DNA of 64,000 nucleotides from an uncultured Chloroflexia bacterium (GTDB taxonomy: Bacteria; Chloroflexota; Limnocylindria; Limnocylindrales; CSP1-4), in NCBI GenBank assembly GCA_963823925.1, contig CAWGNI010000001.1:19608-83607 (forward strand), given 5' to 3'. The notes below the pieces were generated by a model, which saw only the letters and a program-made list of their open reading frames with translations, did not search any database and was not told the DNA's origin. Shown here one piece after another: positions 20,645 to 31,735 of the stretch. Made by a program: the position numbers and the translations under genes. Each line of letters starts with the position of its first letter. The stretch's first letter is position 1.

Positions 20645-23600
20645 CTACTTGTTGTGTCCCCAGACGCAGGCGTAGCTCGCGCCCAGGAAGGCGTCACTTC
20701 GAAGCGTGGCGCAGTTCTTCCAGTTTCCACGCTTGACGTTCTTGGCCCTGTACGTGATGACGGCAGAGTCCATGGTTCCCGGCGTGCTGGAGACCTGGAT
20801 CTCCGTGCCGTTGACCGGGATCGTCCCGGTACCATCGGCGTACACGTTTGCGCCACGATTGCCGTACTTGTTCTCCGCGCCGACCGTGGCGAAGCCACCG
20901 GCCCCTGAACTCATGTCGCCATAGGTGTACGTGATGTCCTCGACCCCATCGAGGCCGATCCAGATCTGCATCGAGTCGGTCGTCGCGCTGCCGTATTCCG
21001 CGACGGCCTCCCAATCGAGGACCAGCCAACTACTCGACGCCGTCCGTCAGCGTCCCGATCCGCATCTCGCCAGCCGGCACCTGGGTTCAGGTCGGTCCAG
21101 AACGGAGCCAGGACGTTGTTCGGCAGGGCGCTGTCCGGGGAGGATCTGGTTGAGGTAGTCGACGTCGGCACCCGTCCCACCGCCGACGACGGCATAGCCG
21201 TTGCTGACGAACCCGATCCTCGAGTAGGTCTCACCGGCGAACTGGAAGGACGGGACGTTGTAGTTGGTGATGCACTCGTCGCTGGCGCCGCCGATCGGGC
21301 TGATCCCGAAGTCGGGGATCGACAGCGGGAGGTAGCCCGCCGGCGAGCATCCCGGTGCATTCAGCCGCGGTGACGATCGGCTGGATCAGCCGCGTCGAGT
21401 GTGCCCTTTGCAGCGATCTTCCTGGAACTCACGACCGTCGCGCCGCGGACGCTGTGGGTCTTGAGCTGGAGCTTCTTGGGCAGTGTGTCCTTGATCGAGT
21501 ACGTCGCCGCATCGAAGGTCGGGTTGGCTGCCGTGATGGTGCACGACGTCTTGGCGCTCTTCTTCAGGTGCGTCGGCGTGCACACCTTGGTCAGCGTGAC
21601 CGCGGCCTGGCCGCGGACGATCGTGACGGGGATGCGGACCACCCGATGGCCGCCGTAGGTCTGCTTGAGCTTGATCAGGCCGAACCGCGTCTGGCCGAGC
21701 GGTACCCTCGAGGCGTCGAGCTTGATGGTGAATGACTTGTCCGCCCCGGCCAGCACGGTGAGTGCGCTGGGGACGGTGATCCTGAAGTCACTCGGGCTGG
21801 ACGTTGTGACCGTCCATTCGCGACTTGCCGCTCAGCACGCTGCGAGCGACCCGGGTCAGGGTGGCGACGCCGGGCATATCCGGATAGTAGACGCTCGGGT
21901 AGTTGGCCCGATACAGCTGGTCTTCGAACAGCATGTAGTCGTTGCCGGTGACGTCGAAGGTCAGTCCGGGATCGCCGGCGACATTCGAGGTTGACCCGGC
22001 CGGAGCCGGCATCGAAGGCGTTGAACGGCGTGGTGCCGTCTTCCTCGACGAGCCCGGACCGTTTGGCCGTCGTCATCATGGCGGACTTGATCTGCCCGGG
22101 GGTCCACTCCGGATGGAGCGCCTTCAGCAGCGCCCCGGAACCGGCGATGTGCGGGCTGGACATGGACGTTCCGGCGATCGCCTGGAACAGCTGGCCCTCC
22201 GGGCCGGTGGCGACGTCAACGCTGAGGGGCGATGCGCCCGCCAGGATCTGGACGCCGGGAGCCGTGATGTCCGGCTTGCTGATGCCGAGCGACTGGCCGG
22301 GCCCGCCGCGCGAACTGAAGGAGGCCATCACGTCAGCCTGCTGGGTCCCGGTGACGCCGGCACTGAGCGTGGCCATGACACCGGTGTGGCTGCCCAGGAA
22401 GGACAGGATCGCCTGGCCCTGGGTGTACTGGATGTGGCTGGCGGGAAGGTAGTGGTTGTCCGTCTCCACATCGGTGACAGAGGTGCTGTTGTTGTACAGG
22501 ATCATCCCGACGGCGCCCTCGGCCGCCACGTTGAAGCCCTTCTCGGCTCGCCCGTAGGTGCCGCGTTTGCAGAGGACGATCTTGCCCGTGTAGCTTCCGG
22601 CCGCCTCCGGCCCGCAGAGCGGGTCGTTGGCGATGACCAGCGCAGCCGGTCCCACGCCACCGGTCAGCGAGGTGCCGGCGAGGTCGAGGGTGGCGCTGCC
22701 GGTCGCGGTCAGGTGGATGGTGTCGACGAAGGCGCGCGGGCCCGTGCTGGCCGCGACGGTGGTGACCCAGCCGCCACGATGGTCGGTGGTGTCCGCCGTC
22801 GGGCCGGAGTTGCCGGCAGATGCCGCAACGAAGATCCCGGCGTTGTACGCGTCGAGGAAGGCGAGTTCGGTCGCGTCGGAGTATGGGTTCGCTCCGCCGC
22901 TGATCGAGAAGTTGATGACGTTGACGCCGTCTTCGATGGCGGCTTCGGTCGCTGCGGTCGTGTCGGAGGTGAAGCAGCCACTCGCGCCGCAGACCTTGTA
23001 CATCTCGACATGAGCTCGAGGCGCAACGCCGGAGATGATCCCCCGGTCGACCCCGAAGATGGAGGCCACGACGCCGGCATCGCCGCCCGCCGTCGAGCTG
23101 GTGTGCGTGCCGTGGCCGTCGTCGTCGCGGGCGCTGTCGAATTCGCCCGGCTCGAGGTCGATGGCCGAGTCATAGGTGTCCATGAAGCGCTCGGCGCCGA
23201 TGAGCTTGTTGTTGCAGGTGAACGCGACGTCACCGGTCGTCGAGCTGCCGAAATCGCAGGTACGCGACCCACCGGCAGGCCGGGGAGCCGGGGCGCTGTA
23301 CGCCTTGCCGGAAGGGTCCGGATCCGCGAATGACGGATGCTCGGGCCAGATGCCCGTGTCGAGCACGCCGATGATCACGCCTTCGCCGGCACTCTCCTGG
23401 CCGCCGAGATCGCCCCAGATGGTGCCGGCCCCGATGAACTGCGGGCTGACGTCCGTCTGGACCTGCTCGAGGACGTCCGGGAGGACGGCGGCCACGCCGG
23501 GCATCGCCGCGATGCTGGCCACGCTGTCGACCGGGACGAGCGCCGAAACGGAGTTGAGGACGAGGTCGGTCCGACCGGTCACCTTCGTGCCGGGCACCTT

Positions 23601-23984
23601 CGACTTCAGGCGCTTCACGAACGTGTCCTGCTTGACGTTCACGTACGAGCGATAGCGGACGGTGTCGGTGGACTTGAGCTTGAGTCTCGTCTGGCCCCGG
23701 ATCTCCGGGTTGGTGGCCTTGAAGCCGTTGACGCCCCCGGTGTAGGAGGCGACCGGCGCGTCGGCGAGCTTCACGATGATCGCGACCCGACCATCAGCCG
23801 TGTGATACGCCTTCGAGACGTCGACCTTGATCGTCTTGCCGACCTTCGTCGGCTGGTCCGCGGCCAGCTTGAGACCCTTGGCCGGATCCGCCGCGGTGGT
23901 CGTCTGGACCAGTCCGACAAGCAGGGCCGAACCCATGAGCAGCGACGACAACCGTCGCGAACGCCTGGAGAGGCTGGGGCGCAT
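20645..23984 (-). pseudogene. Secreted S8A subtilase with I9 propeptide and PA-domain insert; C-terminal 1.35 kb carries about 7 frame disruptions
   Basis: ATG 23984 with GGGAGGAG upstream and a signal peptide. Catalytic triad in VLDTGIW (D), DDDGHGTHTSST (H) and GTSMSSPHIAG (S). Downstream sense is recoverable only by hopping frames through ORFs 21788..22012, 21361..21756, unlisted frames, 20911..21360 and 20645..20971 (...LPNNVLAPFWTDLNPGAG / GEMRIGTLTDG / SSWLVLDWEAVAEYG...MQIWIGLDGVEDITYTYG). Confidence 0.85.
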
Positions 23985-24241
23985 ACAGGCTCCTCCCATC
24001 GCGGGGGTACTCCCCGCCTTGTTTCGACGGCCCGGCCGTCCTGGATTCGCCCGCGGCTCCCCGATGTTCAAGGGCAGCTGGGAGTCGGGGCTCCTCGGCG
24101 TGCTCCCGCGCGGCCGAGACAGTGGCGCCATGATAGCCGCACGACGTGCGCCTGTGACACCGTATCTGCAGGCCAAACCGGTGCATCCGGGCACCGACTC
24201 CGGGCACCTAGACTGACCACCCACGCGAGGAGGCCGTCGCC

Positions 24242-25467
24242 ATGTTCTACGCCGCCCGCGGCAACATCCCACCCAAGCGGCACACCCAGCATCGCGCGCC
24301 CGACGGCTCGCTCTACGCCGAGGAACTCTTCGGGGTCGAGGGGTTCACCGGCCGGAGCTCCCTGCTCTATCACCTGACGCCGCCAACGCGGACCCACCGG
24401 ATCGAACCCGTGTCGGCGGTGACGCTCGAGGAGGTCGACGACGGCTACCACCACCATCGGCTGATCGATACCGCGAGCCTCGGACTCGCACGGAGACGCG
24501 GTCACCGGCAGGATCCCGCTGTTCTTCAACGGCGACGTCATCCTGGGTGTCGTTCGGCCGGCCGACTCCGATGCCCGAGACCGTCTTCTATCGGAACGGC
24601 GAGGCGGACGAGATGCTCTATGTCCATGAAGGCACGGGGCTTCTCGATACGGTCTTCGGACCCCTTCGCTACGGCCCCGGCGACTATCTGGTCCTGCCCA
24701 TCGGCACCACCTGGCGACTCGAGCCGGACACCGGCGTCGACCAGCGGATGCTCTATCTCGAGTGTCCGTCCGAGATCGAGGCGCCCAAGCGCTATCGGAA
24801 CGACTACGGGCAGCTCCTGGAGCACGCGCCGTTCTCGCAGCGCGACATCAGGGTCCCGGAAGCGGCTCCCGCCCGGACCGACGAAGGGGCGTTCCGGGTC
24901 CACGTCAAGGTGCGTGGCCGTTTGACGGCCTACCACTACGCGTTCCATCCGTTCGATGTCGTCGGTTGGGACGGCTACCTGTGGCCGTTCGCCTTCAACA
25001 TCGGCGATTTCGAGCCGATCACCGGTCGAGTGCACCAGCCGCCGCCGGTCCACCAGACGTTCGCCGCGCGGAACTTCGTCGTCTGCTCGTTCGTGCCGCG
25101 CAAGTTCGACTACCACCCGCTGGCGATCCCGGCGCCATACAACCACTCCAACATCAATTCCGACGAGGTGATCTACTACGTCGCCGGCAACTTCATGAGC
25201 CGTCGCGGTGTCGGCATCTCGTCGTTCACGTTGCATCCGGCGGGCATCCCGCACGGTCCGCATCCCGGTACCGCGGAGGCGTCGATCGGCAAGGAGGCGA
25301 CCGAGGAGCTGGCGGTCATGGTGGACACGTTCCACCCACTCAGGATCACGCGGCAGGCGGCCGCCCTCGAAGACGACCGCTATCCGTATTCGTGGCTGCC
25401 GGCCGAGGACGCCTCCGGCGAGGCTCGCGAGCTCAGCGAGCGCGGCCCGGAGGCGTTCCCCGACTGA
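24242..25467 (+). pseudogene. hmgA: Homogentisate 1,2-dioxygenase, two frame disruptions (about 24482 and 24570)
   Basis: ORF 24242.. reads MFYAARGNIPPKRHTQHRAPDGSLYAEELFGVEGF...HHHRLIDTASL. An unlisted frame reads DSHGDAVTGRIPLFFNGDVILGVVRPADS. The ORF 24547..25467 frame reads MPETVFYRNGEADEMLYVHEGTG...GDYLVLPIGTTWR...PYNHSNINSDEVIYY...HPAGIPHGPHPG. Confidence 0.9.
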
Positions 25468-25546
25468 GACCACGGCTGGCCTCGCCCGACGGTCCGCTTA
25501 TCGGCGCGGGCCAGCGAAGGCTGGTGTGGAGCGGCACAATGAGCCG

Positions 25547-26338
25547 ATGACCACTGACCCGCTGCCTCCGGTCCCAGGGATCGTCGATCTTCACCCCCGG
25601 CTCCAGGCGGGCGAGACCCTGTTCGGCGCCTTCGTCGGTCTCGGTTCGCCGCTCGCCACGGAGCTCGTGGCGCGCGCCGGATTCGACTGGCTGATCATCG
25701 ATCTCGAGCACGGCGCCGGGACCGAGGCGGACCTGTTGGCAGGGCTCCACGCGGTGGGGGTGACGCCGACGGCCGCGCTCGTCCGACCGCCCTCGGGTGA
25801 GCGCCTTCGGATCGGGCGTGCGCTCGACCTCGGCGCCCACGGGATCATGGTCCCGCGGATCGACCTGCCGGAGGAGGCTCGCGAAGCCATCTCGTTCATG
25901 CGCTATCCGCCGGACGGCACCCGCGGACTCGCCCTGTCCACCCGCGGGGCGGGCCTGAGCGAAGGCAGCCACACCGACGTCCAGGCGATCGGGCGGCGCC
26001 TCCTCGGGATCATCCAGATCGAATCGGCCAGCGCCGTCGAACATGTCGAGGAGATCGCCGCGATCGATGGCGCGGACGTGCTCTTCGTGGGACCGACCGA
26101 CCTGTCGCACAGCCTCGGTGTCCCCGGCCGGTTCGATGATCCGACGTACCTCGAGGCCATCGCACGCGTCGCCGCTGCCGCCGAGGCCGCCGGCAAGGCC
26201 GCCGGCATCCTGCTCCGCGACGCGTCAGCCCTGCCCCGGCACCGGGCGCTCGGGTTCCGGTTCATCGGCCTCGGCTCGGACATCGCGTACATCGCCGACG
26301 GTGCCAGGGCTGTCCTCCGCGAGGCCCACACCGACTGA
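25547..26338 (+). CDS. HpcH/HpaI-family aldolase (2-keto-3-deoxy-acid aldolase type)
   Basis: Internal ATG of ORF 25208..26338. DWLIIDLEHG, IMVPRIDLPEEA, IIQIESASAV and FVGPTDLSHSLG are class II aldolase / HpcH signatures. Confidence 0.85.
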   Translation: MTTDPLPPVPGIVDLHPRLQAGETLFGAFVGLGSPLATELVARAGFDWLIIDLEHGAGTEADLLAGLHAVGVTPTAALVRPPSGERLRIGRALDLGAHGIMVPRIDLPEEAREAISFMRYPPDGTRGLALSTRGAGLSEGSHTDVQAIGRRLLGIIQIESASAVEHVEEIAAIDGADVLFVGPTDLSHSLGVPGRFDDPTYLEAIARVAAAAEAAGKAAGILLRDASALPRHRALGFRFIGLGSDIAYIADGARAVLREAHTD

Positions 26339-27337
26339 TCCCGGCTCCTCGACGGGCGTCTCGGCATCGAGAGGCGTGGCCGGCTCTGGTGCTCCGCGCG
26401 GACGCGGGCCGGTCTGGGCGAGAATCACGCTGATCACGATGAGGCCGGCCCCGGCAAGCTGGATCGGTTCGAGCCGTTGGCCGAGCAGGAGCCAGGCCAG
26501 CGCGACGATGGTCAGCGGCTCGATGGTGCTCAGGAGCGCCGCCTGGGCCGCCCCGATGCGGCGAGCACCGGCGTAGAACGTCTGGATGGCGAGGAACGAC
26601 GCGAGGAAGGCGATGACCAGTACCGCCGGCCACGCGGCGGCCGGCACATCCGCCGGGTTCACCGAGCCACCGGTCGCCGCGGACGCGAGCGAGAACGTCA
26701 CCGCGGACGAGGTGACCATGATCGCCGCCATGACCGCCGCCACGCCGGTGGTGCCACCACCACCGTCCGCCTCGTGCCCCAGCCGATCGCGGCGTTCACC
26801 GGACAACCTTGCCGAAGCCAGGATCCAGATCGCGAAGATGGCCGACGACGCCATGACCAGGAGGATGCCCCCGACCGGTGGGGCGGTGGACAGGTCGATG
26901 CCGCCGAGAGCGAGGACGACCCCACACAGCGCCAGCACCACGGCCGCCCAGGGCCGCCGGCCCGGGAGCCGGGTCGCGAACCGGATCGACAGGACCGCGA
27001 CGATGACCGGGTAGGTGTAGACGAGGACGCCGGCGAGCGCCGCCGGGACGGTTTCGAGCGCCGCGTAGTAGGTCCCTGAGTTCCCGGTGAACAGGACGCC
27101 CAGCGCCACTGTCACGATCACCTGGCGTCGACCCAGGCGTCCGAGTGCCGATCGCCGGTGCGCCGAGACCGCGATCCAGAGCCAGGCGAGACCGGCCCCG
27201 ATCAGGAACCGCCAGGTGACCAGTTGCAGCCAGCCCATCCCGGTGTCGTAGGCCGGCCGGGCGAGGACGGTCGCCGAGCCGAACCCGACGGCGGCCACGA
27301 GGACCAGTCCGATGCCTGCCGCTCGACGACGATCCAC
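26225..27337 (-). CDS. EamA/DMT-family transporter
   Basis: 370 aa, 10 TM segments in two EamA halves. The acidic, Pro-rich C-terminal tail overlaps the convergent aldolase gene by 114 nt. Confidence 0.8.
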   Translation of the reverse strand: MDRRRAAGIGLVLVAAVGFGSATVLARPAYDTGMGWLQLVTWRFLIGAGLAWLWIAVSAHRRSALGRLGRRQVIVTVALGVLFTGNSGTYYAALETVPAALAGVLVYTYPVIVAVLSIRFATRLPGRRPWAAVVLALCGVVLALGGIDLSTAPPVGGILLVMASSAIFAIWILASARLSGERRDRLGHEADGGGGTTGVAAVMAAIMVTSSAVTFSLASAATGGSVNPADVPAAAWPAVLVIAFLASFLAIQTFYAGARRIGAAQAALLSTIEPLTIVALAWLLLGQRLEPIQLAGAGLIVISVILAQTGPRPRGAPEPATPLDAETPVEEPGSVGVGLAEDSPGTVGDVRDVRAEADEPEPERPVPGQG

Positions 27338-27414
27338 CGGCGGAGGCTAGCAGCCTCGCCCCCTCGTCGCGGCCCCGGTCTCGCTCGATCCGCCGACGGA
27401 CTACACTTGGCGAC

Positions 27415-27915
27415 GTGACGGACCTCACCGAGACCGACGTCGAGCGACGCATCCCTGCCATCACCGCGGAACGCCTCCGTGTGCTCAGCCGTAATCCTCC
27501 GGTCGTCGTCCCGCCCGGGACATCGCTGGAGGTGTGCCTCCAGGCCATCCGGGAGAGTGGGACCGGCAATTCCGTCTTCGTCTGCGAGTCGGACGGGCGG
27601 CTGGTCGGCGTGCTGACCGAACGAGATGTCTTCGCCCAACTGATCGGCGGGGAAGTGGACCTGGCCCAGCCGGTCGAGGCGCTCATGACCCTCGACCCGC
27701 ACACGCTGGATCTCGATCAGACGATCCACGACGTGATCGTGCTGATGCAGACGGGTCGGTTCCGAAACGTCCCGATCGTCGATGCCGACCGGATGCTGGT
27801 CGGGGTCGTGCGCCAGTCGGATGTCATCCGCTACCTCGCGGAATCGTTCCCGGAGGAATTGCTCAACCTTCCGCCCCGACCGAACCAGACCATGGAGGAA
27901 TCGGAGGGCGCGTGA
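27415..27915 (+). CDS. CBS-pair domain protein
   Basis: GTG start, 166 aa, two CBS motifs (LVGVLTERDV, LVGVVRQSDV). GTGA overlap with korA. Confidence 0.85.
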   Translation: MTDLTETDVERRIPAITAERLRVLSRNPPVVVPPGTSLEVCLQAIRESGTGNSVFVCESDGRLVGVLTERDVFAQLIGGEVDLAQPVEALMTLDPHTLDLDQTIHDVIVLMQTGRFRNVPIVDADRMLVGVVRQSDVIRYLAESFPEELLNLPPRPNQTMEESEGA

Positions 27916-29768
27916 CTGCCACCAAGGAGCTGGAGTCGGACGTCCAGGAGCTCGAGCGGGTCACCATCCGCTTCGCCGGGGACTCCGGCGACGGGATGCA
28001 GCTGACCGGAACGCAGTTCACTCGAACCGCGGCCGTCTTCGGGAACGACATCAGTACCCTGCCGGACTTCCCGGCCGAGATCCGTGCCCCGGCCGGTTCC
28101 CTGCCGGGCGTGTCCGGGTTCCAGATCAGCTTCTCGTCGTCCGAGATCCATACGCCGGGCGATCGGCCGGACGTGCTCGTCGCGATGAACCCTGCCGCCC
28201 TCAAGACGAACGTCGGGGACCTGCCGCCGGGCGGCGCCCTCATCGTCAATCGGGACGCGTTCACCCCGCAGAACCTGACCAAGGCTGCCTACGCCAGCAA
28301 TCCGTTGACCGACGGATCACTCAAGGACTACCGGGTCTTCGAGGTCCCGATCTCGACCCTCAACGAGCGGTCCCTCGACGGCCTGGACATGACCAGCAAG
28401 CAGAAGGACCTGACCAAGAACTTCTTCGCCCTGGGCCTCATGTTCTGGCTGTACGAGCGCAGCATGGACCCGACCGTCCACTGGGTCGACCAGAAGTTCA
28501 AGGCTCGCCCGGTCGTCGCCGAGGCGAACAAGCGGGCGCTCAGGGCGGGCTATGCATTCGGTGAGACGACCGAGGCGTTCCACACCCACTATCGCGTCCT
28601 GCCGGCGAAGCTCGAACCCGGCACCTATCGCAACATCACCGGCAACGAGGCCACGGCACTCGGGTTCCTGACCGCGGCCCACCTCGCCGACCGGCGACTC
28701 TTCTACGGCAGCTACCCGATCACGCCGGCCTCGGAGATCCTCCACCTGCTGTCGGGCTACAAGACCTTCGGGGTCAGGACGTTCCAGGCCGAGGATGAGA
28801 TCGCGGCGATCGGAGCGACGATCGGCGCGAGCTACGGCGGGGCGCTCGCGCTGACCGCGTCGTCCGGTCCGGGTATCGCCCTCAAGAGTGAGGCGATGGG
28901 TCTCGCCGTCATGGTCGAACTGCCGCTCGTCGTCGTGGACGTGCAGCGGGCCGGACCGTCGACCGGCATGCCCACGAAGAATGAGCAGGCCGACCTGTTC
29001 CAGGTCATGTTCGGGCGCAACGGCAATTCACCACTGCCCGTGGTGGCGCCGGCCACGCCGGGTGAATGTTTCGATCTGGCGATCGAGGCAAGTCGCCTGG
29101 CGCTCAAGTACATGACCCCGGTGGTCTACCTGTCGGACGCCTTCCTCGCGACCGGTTCCGAGCCATGGAAGATCCCGCCGTTGTCGACGCTGCCGTCGAT
29201 CTCGGTCGCGAACGCCACCGACCCGGTCTCGTTCCAGCCGTATCAGCGCGATCCGGACACGTTGGCTCGGCCATGGGCCCTGCCCGGAACCCCCGGCCTC
29301 GAACACCGCATCGGCGGCCTCGAGAAAGCCGATATCACGGGCAATGTCAGCTACGACCCTGACAACCACCACCGGATGCAGCGCTATCGCGAGGCGAAGG
29401 TCGCGGGCATCGCGACGGACATCCCGGCCCTCGAAGTCCACGGGCCGGAGCGAGGCGATCTGCTCATCCTCGGCTGGGGTTCGACCTATGGCGCGATCCG
29501 CTCGGCGCAGGAGCGGCTGGCTGCCGACGGCGAGTCGGTCGCCCACGCGCATCTCCGGCACCTCAACCCCTTCCCGGCGAACACGGAGGAAGTCCTGCGG
29601 AACTACCGCCGGGTGCTCATCCCGGAGGTCAATCTCGGCCAGCTGCTCATGCTCATCCGGGCTCGCTTCCTCATCGATGCCGTCGGCTACGACAAGGTCC
29701 GCGGCAAGCCCTTCCGGATCGGCGAGATCGTGGACGAAGCCCGCCGCGTGCTGGCAGATCGGGATTGA
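27912..29768 (+). CDS. korA: 2-oxoglutarate/2-oxoacid:ferredoxin oxidoreductase, alpha subunit
   Basis: GTG inside ORF 27534..29768. 618 aa with the fused gamma/alpha layout (IRFAGDSGDGMQLTG...; GSYPITPASEIL; ASSGPGIALKSEA). Confidence 0.9.
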   Translation: MTATKELESDVQELERVTIRFAGDSGDGMQLTGTQFTRTAAVFGNDISTLPDFPAEIRAPAGSLPGVSGFQISFSSSEIHTPGDRPDVLVAMNPAALKTNVGDLPPGGALIVNRDAFTPQNLTKAAYASNPLTDGSLKDYRVFEVPISTLNERSLDGLDMTSKQKDLTKNFFALGLMFWLYERSMDPTVHWVDQKFKARPVVAEANKRALRAGYAFGETTEAFHTHYRVLPAKLEPGTYRNITGNEATALGFLTAAHLADRRLFYGSYPITPASEILHLLSGYKTFGVRTFQAEDEIAAIGATIGASYGGALALTASSGPGIALKSEAMGLAVMVELPLVVVDVQRAGPSTGMPTKNEQADLFQVMFGRNGNSPLPVVAPATPGECFDLAIEASRLALKYMTPVVYLSDAFLATGSEPWKIPPLSTLPSISVANATDPVSFQPYQRDPDTLARPWALPGTPGLEHRIGGLEKADITGNVSYDPDNHHRMQRYREAKVAGIATDIPALEVHGPERGDLLILGWGSTYGAIRSAQERLAADGESVAHAHLRHLNPFPANTEEVLRNYRRVLIPEVNLGQLLMLIRARFLIDAVGYDKVRGKPFRIGEIVDEARRVLADRD

Positions 29769-29769
29769 C

Positions 29770-30844
29770 ATGACAGACCAGAACGGTGCGACCGCTACCT
29801 CGACCCAACCGGCCCTGAGCCCCGAGAATGCCGCCGTCCTCCAGCTGACCCGCAAGGACTTCGTGTCTGACCAGGAAGTGCGCTGGTGCCCGGGGTGCGG
29901 CGACTACTCGATCCTGGCCCAGACCCAGAAGGTGATGCCCGAATTCGGCTACCCGAAGGAGAACATCGTGTTCATCTCCGGGATCGGCTGTTCCGGCCGG
30001 CTCCCGTACTACATGAACACCTACGGCTTCCACTCCATCCACGGCCGTGCTCCGACCCTTGCGACCGGCCTCAAGGCGGCGCGACCCGACCTGATGGTCT
30101 GGGTCATCACCGGCGATGGCGATGCCCTGTCGATCGGCGGCAATCACGTCATCCATTCGATGCGCCGCAACGTCGACATCAACCTGGTGATGTTCAACAA
30201 CCGCATCTACGGCCTGACCAAGGGCCAGGCGTCCCCGACGTCGGAATTCGGCAAGCGGACGAAATCGACCCCGCTCGGCTCCGTGGACACGCCGATCATC
30301 CCGCTGACCATCGCGCTGGCAGCCGAGGCATCGTTCGTGGCCCGATCCGTCGATACCCACACCGAGCATCTCCAGTGGACGCTCGAGCGGGCGGGCCGGC
30401 ACAAAGGGTCATCGTTCGTGGAAGTCCTCCAGAACTGCAACATCTTCAACGACGGTGCGTGGCGCGACTTCACCGACCGCGACGTCCGCGAGGACCGGAT
30501 GCTGGTCCTGGAAGACGGCAGCCCGATGATCTTCGGGAAGGATCGCGACAAGGGGATCCGCCTTGTCCGGATTGCGGCCCGAGGTCGTCACGCTCGGGCA
30601 GGACGGCGTCACCGAGGCGGATCTGCTCGTCCACGATGAGCACGCCGAGGAACCCTACCTCGCGCTGATGCTTTCGCGGATGTTCTGGCCGGAATTCCCG
30701 GTCCCGGTCGGCGTCTTTCGTTCCATCGACCGACCGACCCATGACCAGCTCATCGATGACCAGATCGCCGGTGCGATCGAGGCGCGCGGCGCCGGTGTCC
30801 TCGATGACATCCTCAACGGTGGAGAAACCTGGACGGTCGAGTAG
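29770..30844 (+). pseudogene. korB: 2-oxoglutarate/2-oxoacid:ferredoxin oxidoreductase, beta subunit, frame-disrupted near 30566
   Basis: ATG 29770 in the frame of ORF 29344..30639 (WCPGCGDYSIL, GIGCSGR, VITGDGDALSIGGNH, the TPP motif). The last 92 aa are in ORF 30563..30844 (GLRPEVVTLGQDGVTEADLLVHDEH...). One extra base. Confidence 0.9.
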
Positions 30845-30868
30845 GGCCGCATCGGAGGAGCGAGACGG

Positions 30869-31369
30869 ATGCATTGTCCGGTATGTGGCTTCGACAACCT
30901 GACGGGTGCCGAGGTCTGCGATAACTGCGGCACGGAACTGGGTGGCCACGACAAGCCGGAGCCGGCGCTGTCGTTCCAGGGACGCTTGCTCGGCGAACAT
31001 CTCGACGACCTCGGCGCCCCACCCCCGATCGAGGTCGGCCCGGATCTGCCTGCCGATGCGGCGATCACGATGATGCGGGAGTCCGGGACGGATTGCCTCC
31101 TGGTCGTCGTGGACGACCGACTGGTCGGGATCTTCACGGACCGCGACGCGGTCGTGAAGGCCGCCGACACGGGCCTCGACGCCTTCCGCGTCGGCGACTA
31201 CATGACGGCAGACCCGGTCGTGCTTCGCCACGACGATCCGATCGCCCTCGCGATCCACAAGATGGCAGTGGGTGGGTTCCGCCATATCCCGATCGTGAAG
31301 GACGGTCGCCCGACCGGTGTGGTCACCGCCCGCGACGTCTTCCACCATCTGGCCGAGACGACAACCTGA
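30869..31369 (+). CDS. Zinc-ribbon + CBS-pair domain protein
   Basis: MHCPVCGFDNLTGAEVCDNCG followed by two CBS motifs (LVGIFTDRDA, PTGVVTARDV). 166 aa. Confidence 0.85.
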   Translation: MHCPVCGFDNLTGAEVCDNCGTELGGHDKPEPALSFQGRLLGEHLDDLGAPPPIEVGPDLPADAAITMMRESGTDCLLVVVDDRLVGIFTDRDAVVKAADTGLDAFRVGDYMTADPVVLRHDDPIALAIHKMAVGGFRHIPIVKDGRPTGVVTARDVFHHLAETTT

Positions 31370-31386
31370 CCGCCCGGGTCGCCGTT

Positions 31387-31719
31387 GTGGCTGACGACTT
31401 GATCTGGGCGACCCGCCTCGATGAGCTCGTCCGTGGCGCGGGAGCCGTCGGGGTGCCGGTCCGGACGTGGGCCGCGCTCGAGGACGTCCTTCCCAGCGTG
31501 GACCACGTCATCGTCGATCTGACTGCGAGGGCGTACGACGGTGTGGCGGCGGTGTCGCTCGCCCACGGAGCGGGGTTGCCGGTCCTCGCGGTCGGCCAGC
31601 ACGATGATGCGACCCTTCGCCGCCGGGCCATCGCGGCTGGAGCCGACCACGTCCATCCGTACCGCCGTCTGTTCGAGGATGGCCCTCGCCAGCTCGGGCG
31701 CTGGCTGGGGACGTCGTGA
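31387..31719 (+). CDS. Hypothetical protein, about 110 aa (flavodoxin/receiver-like alternating pattern, unassigned)
   Basis: GTG inside ORF 31093..31719, whose upstream part is Arg-rich junk overlapping the CBS gene. High GC3. No motif recognised. Confidence 0.4.
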   Translation: MADDLIWATRLDELVRGAGAVGVPVRTWAALEDVLPSVDHVIVDLTARAYDGVAAVSLAHGAGLPVLAVGQHDDATLRRRAIAAGADHVHPYRRLFEDGPRQLGRWLGTS

Positions 31720-31735
31720 CGACGCCGTCGGCCAC

